Shown here in pieces: positions 53,485 through 61,426 of a DNA stretch of 64,000 bases. A model generated the notes under the pieces. It ran no database searches and was not told the DNA's origin. It saw only the letters and a program-made list of their open reading frames with translations. Both the position numbers and the translations under genes were made by a program. Origin of the DNA: Neoechinorhynchus agilis (taxonomy: Eukaryota; Animalia; Acanthocephala); the NCBI GenBank assembly GCA_051530055.1, contig CM121341.1:11572784-11636783 (forward strand), read 5' to 3'. The first letter of the stretch is position 1. Each line of letters starts with the position of its first letter.

Positions 53485-54663
53485 ATGATGAGAGCTTTAA
53501 TAATCGACAAGGTAGGAAAACTCTTCCCGGATTCATCTAAGTTTATTCGATTGGCTGAGGTGCCCAAGCCGGTGCCATTTGGAAACAAGGTACTTGTTAC
53601 GCAAAGGTGAATCTTGAACCGTTAAATTCTTTATTTTCAAGATCACTGCAATAAAGTGAATGCCTGTGCAATCAGCCGAATCGATATTGATGAAATTGAG
53701 GGACGCCTTAAAATCCAACAATTTAATCCAAGAAAGCAAATTTTGGGTCATCAAATCATAGGAACCGTAGAGCAGTTGGGACCGTCGGTCGCTCAAGTAA
53801 ATTTGTTAGGAAGGAAAGTCGGTGTTGGTTGGTACTTTTCGTCTTGTGGCGTTTGCTATTTTTGTATTGAACGACCGACGAAGGCATTGGAAGGGAGAGT
53901 CTTAACAAAATGCCATCAGACTTCGTTCATTGCAATAAACCATCAGAACCTGTGTGCCAACTTCAAAGGAACGGGTTGTCAAGCTGAAGGCGGATTCGCA
54001 GAGTACTTAACAGTACCTGAATATTCATGTGCGGTATTTCGGACAAATCTTGAAGCGGAATATACGCCTCTCCTTTATACTGGAGCGGTAGGAAAACGGG
54101 CTCTTCAACTCGCGAATATTTTAGACGTCAACGACGCGAAAATCGGATTGATTGGCTTCGGAACGCCCGGTCATTTAATATTAAAAATGTGCAATCTCCT
54201 ACCTCAACGACCGGAATGCTTCGTTTTTTCCTCGAGTCCAGTAGAGCGAGAATTCGCTCAAGGTGCCGGTGCCGCGTGGGTTGGAGATTTCAGTGAGCTT
54301 TCGCCTATGAGATTGGACGCCGTCATCGATACAACGCCTTCGTGGATGTCCTACGTCAACGGTCTTAGAAATCTGATTCCTGGAGGTCGGCTGGTTGTGA
54401 ACGTGTGTCGCAAAGATCTAAGAGATAAACAGGAACTGTTCAAGCGACTCAACTACGAGAATCATTTATCAATGGAAAAACAAATCACTTCGGTGACTAA
54501 TGTAACTCCTGAAGATGTTAAAGAAATTGTGGAAATGGCGAATAAGTATCCTGAGGATCTAAAGGTGCCGGTGGAAGTAGTAAGACCGGAGGAGGCAGAA
54601 GAGGCTTTCTTAGACGAGAAGTTTGGTCAAAGTGTTACAGCGAAAGTAATTCGATTCGAGTGA
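53485..54663 (+). CDS. Zinc-dependent alcohol dehydrogenase (MDR) family protein of prokaryotic CAD2-like type; true start at 53485, with an intron-like insertion at about 53590-53655
   Basis: 53485-53598 encodes MMRALIIDKVGKLFPDSSKFIRLAEVPKPVPFGNKVLV (typical MDR start), in the same frame as the 335-aa ORF. That ORF has GHQIIGTV, VGVGW..SCGVCYFC, GGFAEY, GLIGFG, LDAVIDTTPSW and EKQITSVTNV. Two in-frame stops lie in the intervening AT-rich segment, which has GT and TTTTCAAG sites, but no canonical junction restores the frame. Confidence 0.85.
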
Positions 54664-54762
54664 AGTTAGCAAATAAAAATAGACAAAGCAATAAATTAGT
54701 TCGGTGCCAACAAATCAAAATAAAACCCATTTTGTTAATTTGATTCTCACGTGATCACCACT

Positions 54763-54921
54763 TCATCCCCAAAGAAGATCTGTCCATTTGAATTCCGGTT
54801 TTCCTGGATCAGCACCCATTTTGAATCCTTTATATACTATATAAGGAACAAAAGTCCACTGAAATATAAATCGGACACCATTGAGAAGGTTCCTGAGACG
54901 TCGCTTTTGAAGATCATTCAT
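54763..54921 (-). CDS. TOMM7: Mitochondrial import receptor subunit TOM7 (52 aa; below the ORF-track cutoff)
   Basis: MNDLQKRRLRNLLNGVRFIFQWTFVPYIVYKGFKMGADPGKPEFKWTDLLWG matches the animal TOM7 pattern (W.F.P...Y.GF..GADPG.PE.....LLWG). ATG at 54921, TGA at 54765-54763. Confidence 0.95.
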   Translation of the reverse strand: MNDLQKRRLRNLLNGVRFIFQWTFVPYIVYKGFKMGADPGKPEFKWTDLLWG

Positions 54922-55891
54922 TGTTGAGGTTTATTTTATTGGAAAGGAAACTCCTAACCTAGTCGAATGCAATTGTTCTTTCTTATTTTGTGAGTTACGC
55001 ATTTCCTATATAAAGATGAAAAGGTCCCGACGGTTTTAATGTTTTTTGAGCAACTAAAATGGCAGTGTTTACAGCTTTCCATCAAGAGTTGTATTGATTG
55101 TAGACTTTATAAATGGATTGTTTTAAAGGTATTACGAAACCTCCTAGTTCCCACCCGAACAGACATCCCCACCCGAACGGATCCCACGGTAAATGGGTCC
55201 TATTCTTTGTACTTGTTAAACAATAAACGTCTTATTAAAAGAACGCTCGCTAGATACGATGTATTCTTCGATCAGTGAGATTTATGATAGCAACGAAACT
55301 CGGAGACTTGATCTATGATGTTAACGCCAACCCTCCCGATGAAATCTCGTGGACACTCCTTCTCGGGTTAGCTAAAACTACATTGTCTGTTCCGTGAGTG
55401 CAACCTACAACCTCTTTAAGCTCTCTGAGGGTCCAAGAGTCTTAGAACCGGACGCCCGGCCTATTGGACTGTTTGCATGGATGAACTCATTCGTCCGGAC
55501 CATCAAATTATCGAAATGCTATGAGATATTCAGCCCAGCTGAGTCGCCGACCCTTCTCCGCAGTCGGTAACTTCAAATCACATACCCAGAATCTGCAATA
55601 CTATCGGCCCTTCACTTGTTCCATCGTCTTTTTCTAGCGGAATGAACGGCTTGAGCCTCTCCCATCTTCGAAACCTTACTAGCAACGTCGAGTTTTGCAG
55701 CCACGCTTGATGAAATTAACATCATTCGTGGCGATGTGTTTCGAAAGCGACTTGATATTTGGTGACAGTCCCTGGATCGCTGAAGCTATTCGCATATCTA
55801 CCATCTGCATGACTTTGTCAGAAAACTCTTTGAGCTTCACTTCCAGTGAGTCTCCTTGACATGGTCTCCCATGTCCGTTATTACTCAATAT

Positions 55892-56641
55892 TCATGGACG
55901 TGAATGGGGTTGCTCATTGGTTATGTTGTTTCGCAGGACCCAAAGCACGTATCTCTTGAACTTGTCGCAGGATTTAGAGAAAGCACAGTGACCTTGAAGG
56001 CAATTTACGCAACACTTCGATGTCCTTGGGCAGTTCGAGGACCTATACTCCTCCATGCAGTAGGCAAAATTAATCTTTTTCGATGGACATTTCTGCATCC
56101 AGTGCCCCCATGCTTGGCAAATGGAACATCTGGGGAAGGCGTAGTCGTCTTGTCGGGATATTTCGTTGGAGCTGAACTTTATTTCCATCGTATGGAAAAA
56201 ATATCGCTCATTTGTAAGAGTATCTCTTCTGTCGACCGATGCTTTAACAACCGCTCTCGGAATCGGCATCCCAGTTCTCGCCGATTTCAAGAAAAACAAC
56301 AGTTTACAGTTAAATTTCGTTTCAAAGTCTTTCCTGTCTTCCTCATCGATGTCAGGTGAAATTCCATTAACAAGAAAGGTAGATTCGTAACTTTGGTTGA
56401 TTATTTGTACTCCTCTCGTGTCGCATTTATTATTTATGAAATGAAGATAGTCGTTCAGGAATCTGTTATTTGTGAAATAGACATTGAGTGTTCCTCCATA
56501 ATACGTAATCGATTTCACTCTCGGTATATCATCCTTACATGTTTTAGTCCATGAAGCGAGGAAACTCTTGAAAAGCACCTCCCTGGATTGGGTTAGATTT
56601 AATTGAAACAGTATGCGGCCATTTCTTTGTTGGGCGTTCAA
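55892..56641 (-). mobile_element. Non-LTR retrotransposon ORF1 (gag-like) with zinc knuckles
   Basis: CSICQAWGHWMQKC (CX2CX4HX4C) and CVNCLQGHCAFSKSC, preceded by an RRM-like region; typical of LINE (I/Jockey/R1-type) ORF1 proteins. Confidence 0.8.
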
Positions 56642-56905
56642 ACAACTCGGCTGAAGCTTTGATATTTCCGTTCGTCGATTTGTTGGATAGTATTCGAATT
56701 TGATCCGAAGACAGAGGAATCTTCAGAAAATTGGGTGGCCGTTTCATCATCATCATACAATTTATTCGCAAGAGATTAACAATGGATAGCCGAAGTTATT
56801 TGGAGTGAAGCTTGAGTCAAGAATTAAAGCAACGTTGTCCATTTTTTTGCCTTATTGGCCCAGTCATCTCTATGTATCCATGTGTAAGGGAGATTGCTTA
56901 GAGCC

Positions 56906-57880
56906 TCAAGGAAGGTGCGTGTGAAGATTGGTCTCTGTTCGGGGTCTACCTCTCGAATAATAGACTAGGACTGATATAGCCCAACAGTTCCAAATGCACT
57001 TGGTGCTATGAGAACCGAGCCCCAGTTCATGAGCTCTGTTAGCCTTCAGTTTAGCGACCCTTAACAGTCGCTTAAATTTGCTGAGATCATGTTTTGGGGA
57101 CATATTGGGGGGAGCATAAAGCCCAGCATGGTGATCTCATTGGAAATAGAAGATGATGATATGTTAAAAAAAGTTATTATAAAAATCGAGTATGCGTCGT
57201 TTCAGCGCTACTGATCTCGATTTTAAAATAAATTGGGTTTTAAGTGGGTTGAGTGATAACCCCATTTGCGGGAGAGTAGAATTTAGGTATGCTAATAATT
57301 CCGAAAGTTTCTTTATGGCTGAGACATAATTCGATTCCTTAATCACCGCAGTGAAATCATCTGCAAATAAAGTTAGGTCGTTGCAGATTGAGCGGTTCTT
57401 GATAAGAAATTGAGACGCCAAGCAGAAGAGGATGGGAGATAGCGGGGATCCTTGTGGCACTCCTTTCGTTTGGTGGTAGACGTCTTGGGATGTGTCATCT
57501 TGAAAAAATAATTTTTTAGATACCATAGTATTATGCACCCTAGCAATAAGATTATAGGGGAATTGGAAGTAACGGAGGATCTCAATACAAAAATTAATAT
57601 TAATGTTATCAAAAGCTTTTGAGATGTCAAAGGAAATTAGAATATTCATTGATTTCTGATTTCAGTTAAAATTAGCTAAAATTTCAGTCATTGCGTTGTG
57701 TCCAGACTTACGAGGTAAAAATCCATGGCATCTCTTATCGATGCAATCAATGTCTAAGGCAAATTGTAAAAGAGATTTAGCCAGTGCCCTTTCGTGAATA
57801 GATACTAATGAGTTTTGTATAGAAGTGACCGTTTGCCACCCTCCGCCGCAACAACCGGTTGCGAAAACATCGCCTTCCAA
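56906..57880 (-). mobile_element. Frameshifted non-LTR reverse transcriptase (pseudogenised, 5'-truncated)
   Basis: CHGFLPRKSGHNAM (57662-57880); ISFDISKAFDNI, GVPQGSPLSPILF, LFADD, LSLNPLKTQ (57164-57649); thumb-like MLGFMLPPNMSPKH...ISVLVY (56906-57140). Confidence 0.88.
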
Positions 57881-57959
57881 CTAGCACAGGCTATCTATAT
57901 ACAGGGTGTGGTCCGAATCAATATTCAATGCGACACACATACTTTTATGTTTATCGCAT

Positions 57960-58200
57960 GAATCGATACTTAGCGCGCTTCACAACTTGCTCAAATACGA
58001 TTGCTAAAGAACGAAAAAAAGGAGAAATACAAATGCCTCGATCTGTCGCACTACATTTTGCAACCTCTCGCCATTAAGACCATTGATGCAGTCGGACCAA
58101 GCATTGCGGAATTTTCAATGGAGCAACAACAAAGAACTCGAGGACAGCCAACTATTTTTATCGAGATTGAATGATGGATGCAACCTCAAGGCAATGGAGA
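57960..58200 (+). mobile_element. Diverged CRE-like RLE C-terminal fragment
   Basis: IDT*RASQL then EKKEKYKCLDLSHYILQPLAIKTIDAVGPSIAEF (58013-58114), matching the K..KY..L....Y...P.A..T.G..GP pattern of CRE-type endonuclease C-termini. Confidence 0.55.
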
Positions 58201-58541
58201 GTCACATAAAAGAAGATTTTTAAAACATTCGATCAAAATAATTGATAATCGTTAATTATTTTCTCGCCTACTCTCTCTTAAATAAGGTGCAGTCTCGATG
58301 TTTGCCCTCCAGACAAAATCTTAGACATATGCATATTTTTATTTTTTATGTAGAAATTGTTAATTTCATCAAGGTTCACAAAAAATGAGTATTAAGCTCA
58401 GATGCCATGAGCTAAATCCCATTAGTCTTTATTTTTTAAATAGTCCGCCTTCGAGTCCTTAAGAATCCATCAGCTCTCGATGGTAGTTCACTTGTATTTT
58501 TTTGCGTGTGGTTCAATGATCTGAGTATATTTTTGGAGACT

Positions 58542-58707
58542 GGACAGCCGGTAACTTATTAAGTATCAATGTGTGGCATTCTATCACAGCTGTGGTTCAG
58601 TGTATTGAGTGATTTAATTACTCCTCTAAATCAAATCGGTGGGCCCGAAAAATTATCAGCAGTGATAAAAGGCAACATATTGATACTTAATAAGTTACCG
58701 GCTGGCC
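58542..58707. repeat. Foldback/MITE-like element with 51-bp inverted arms (58542-58592, 58657-58707)
   Basis: Arms are reverse complements with 6 mismatches in 51. The internal sequence (TGGTTCAGTG..TTGAGTGATTT, ATCGGTGGG, GAAAAATTATCAGC.GTGA.AAAAGG) recurs at 58963-59055. Confidence 0.85.
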
Positions 58708-58865
58708 ATTCTTCAAAAATTCAACGACCTGGAATTAAAATCAAAAAACTGGCTGAGTTAGACATTTCGTAGCGGCGCCGAGGAAGTTAAGTGGACTAAT
58801 GTCATTGATCCAAGTTAAGGGTCAACTGATTCGAATTCGTTACCGCCAATGACGCACAACCAAAG

Positions 58866-58936
58866 GGGGCGAAATACCTCGTTGAAGGGAGGAAACTCAC
58901 TGATGAGTCCCGCCCCCGGGAGGTATCTGAGGATCC
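58866..58936 (+). ncRNA. Hammerhead ribozyme-like motif in non-circularly permuted order; predicted cleavage after C58927
   Basis: Core CTGATGA (58900-58906), GAAA (58871-58874) and UH = TC (58926-58927). Stem II GTCCC 58907-11 / GGGGC 58866-70. Stem III ATACCTC 58874-80 / GAGGTAT 58920-26. Stem I CTCA 58896-99 / TGAG 58928-31, extendable by GGA/TCC. Confidence 0.7.
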
Positions 58937-59250
58937 GGAGGAATCTATAAACTCATACTGAATGGTTCAGTGCTTTGAGTGATTTTATGCGCTTCCCTGA
59001 ACCCGATCGGTGGGCTGTGTGGCCGGAAAAATTATCAGCCGTGAGAAAAGGCCACACATTGATTCTGATTATAGTATTGTGAAAAATCTTAGACGGATAT
59101 CTTCTTTTTTAAACGTTTGTCTTATATTAATAAAATTAAAATTTATAATAAGAAATCTATCTACCAGGCTTTGTAAAATTAGTGCGTTATTGGAAAAGCA
59201 ATCAACAGTGTTTTTGTTAACTTATCCTAACCAAAATACATTCATTTAAG

Positions 59251-61013
59251 ATGTGCGAGAAACGAACAGTATTGATCGAAAATGCTACAATTGAATATCT
59301 CACGATACCTAAAGACTCAGCCGAAGAAGGAACTAACAAATTTGTTTTATTTTTCGGAGGTGATTTACAAGTAAGCCCTTGTGCCCGATTAATCACATTA
59401 TACTGTTTATTTTCTCACTGGAATGTATATTTTCAACCGCATTCATCCGCGTATTATTTTTAACCTTAATGCTCACCAAATGAGTTCTCCCCACTATATG
59501 CAATGTAAAGGAATCCGTCTTCGTCCTTGTGATCATTGTACAACTGCCCAATTGTTGAACTGCTCTGAGGAATAATGTTTCCGACGAAAAGAAAAATTGC
59601 TTGTTCTCCACCCACGTTTATCCGTCGTCTTATAACCCAGATGAACTGGGTAACGGACACGTCGTGTGGGACCAGAAATTTGTGTTTGTCTAATTCGGGA
59701 ATCGTGCTCCCTGGGACGCGTTGGACGACTATTGGAACACGTTCAGGGAACCTTTTCACCATTTTTCGAGATTCATCTATTCGGTGCTCGAGGCTATAGA
59801 GTTCCTTGTGAGCGAATTTCACTGCTGATGCCATCTTGATGTCTGAAATTTTTTAGGATTATGAAGGTGAAATGAGAAAGATGGCAGTCGACGATTTTAT
59901 ATGCCAGAATTAGCTTCAATCGATCTTTAAAGAGAGTTGGAGAGTTCGGTGCATGCAAATCTAAATTCTTATTTATTAGAACCCAACAAATGACTGGCGA
60001 GCGATTGTAATAAAGAAAAAAGATACGTCATCTTAGATACTCAAATATTTTTATTTTAGCATTGCTCAAGTGTAAAATTGAACGCACTCTTAATCTGGAA
60101 TCATGTATTTACTGTAGTTTACCCCTCGGAAATATTAACACAATATAAAAACCTTTCAACTTTGAAACTAAAATCGTTTTTAGTTCCAAAGTTTATGAAA
60201 GAAGAATAGTTTAATCGTTGATATGCAAAGATCGCATGAAAACTGCCCGTTTTAATATTGTAAATGTATAGCTTACTTTTCTTCGATCTTCATGTACCAT
60301 TTTGAGCAATTGACCGAAACTTTTTCAGGTGAAATTTTGATAAAGACTACATACACACACTTGATTTTCAGTAAAGATCGTTGAGAATTTATAGTCTTGA
60401 GAAGACATTGGCTACACTGAATGCAGCATATATCGATCGCCAAGTAGCCGTCGTTCGCCCTACTGCATTTAATAACGGATTAGCATGCTATACTGCTTTT
60501 CTCCAATGCGACGATCTAGGAAATCCTCTAGGTAGTGTCGATCGCGGAGTGATGTATCCGATAAGATCAATAATGGAAGATTTAAGTCGAAGCAAACAAA
60601 AATGCAATGAATATTTAGTCGTTGGTTTCAGCAAAGGTTGCGTGGTACTCAATCGAATTGTGGACGAATACGATTTTTGTGATAAGAAATGGAATTTGAG
60701 CGGATTAGTCTGGTTAGATGGAGGTCATTGTGGACTAAAAGACTTTTGGCCAGAGTCACTTAAAGTGCCAGAAAGGATCCGAATGGACGTGATGTTTTCC
60801 AATTATCAGCTCATGAAGGGTGGTAAGCGAATGGAAGAGTTTAATAGATTTTTAGGAATGGTAAGAAGGAGAGGGGGATCAAGTGTGGACCACGTTTGGC
60901 ATTTGGCCAATTCTCTATACGGTCATTTTGGTATTATTGATTATTTTACCCAGGAGTTTACAGTACATGAATCAAAAAGAAAGACTGATGTGTCAATGAG
61001 TGCAAACTCTTAA
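59251..61013 (+). CDS. C2orf69: C2orf69 (UPF0565) homolog, multi-exon: exon 1 59251-59370, exon 2 from 59857, last exon about 60375-61013
   Basis: Exon 1 ends FVLFFGGDLQ|GTAAGC. A phase-0 acceptor TTTTTTAG at 59856 gives DYEGEM (family GDVQ-N/DY...M). The last exon has YSLEKTL, CYTAF, VVGFSKGCVVLN, WLDGGHCG and YQL...HF motifs. The exon 2-3 junction is not resolved (TAA at 60372). Confidence 0.85.
59466..59834 (-). CDS. ATG8: ATG8 family protein, GABARAPL2/GATE-16-like (122 aa), nested in C2orf69 intron 1
   Basis: SLEHR..ES, PERVPIVVQ, KHKFLVP, QFIWVIRRRI, AIFLFV, PQSS, DEDGFLYIAYSGENSFG followed by a 2-aa tail after the conjugation Gly. AATAAA on the minus strand at 59406-59411. Confidence 0.97.
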   Translation of the reverse strand: MASAVKFAHKELYSLEHRIDESRKMVKRFPERVPIVVQRVPGSTIPELDKHKFLVPHDVSVTQFIWVIRRRINVGGEQAIFLFVGNIIPQSSSTIGQLYNDHKDEDGFLYIAYSGENSFGEH

Positions 61014-61345
61014 GAGTTGTGGGGAAAGAAGGCGTGAATGAGCGTTACTGATTTGCGTATATGTGGATGACGGTGCGTCATGGCTCAGTAAACTGGTGCG
61101 AACGACTTCTTTTTTCAAAGCGTTCTAAAAATCGAATTCAGCTCAAAACTAAAGCCCTATCCAGGGAGGAGTTTGTGTAAACATTGAAAAAACGCATTTC
61201 GTTGGCGGAAACAAAAATGACAATCTCATGAACTCAAAAATTCGTCAGATAAACAAAATGTCTAGTGGAATATTCGAGAGAAATAAGGAGTGTTCAGCTA
61301 GTATATTTTAAGTGTCCTTTAGAAACACAGGCAAGAGAAGTGATT

Positions 61346-61426
61346 TCCGGACTCTCAGATACCTCCCGAGTTTGTTCCTTTTAACACGGGGTTTTTCGTC
61401 CCCTTTGGTTATGAGTCATCGGCGGT
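61346..61426 (-). repeat. Second copy of the hammerhead-bearing repeat, lacking the CUGAUGA strand
   Basis: Minus strand ACCGCCGATGACTCATAACCAAAGGGGACGAAAAACCCCGTGTTAAAAGGAACAAACTC-GGGAGGTATCTGAGAGTCCGGA is collinear with 58842-58939 except for a 19-nt deletion. Confidence 0.85.

Noticed and set aside
55300-55890. Possible further retroelement coding remnants (e.g. RRLSWAEYLIAF) downstream of gag
   Set aside because: Short broken frames with no diagnostic motif I can assign.
60372-60374. In-frame TAA near the C2orf69 last exon as evidence for stop-codon reassignment
   Set aside because: TAA terminates Sin1 and ATG8, and the long ORFs contain no internal TAA/TAG. An unresolved splice junction or a base error is more likely.
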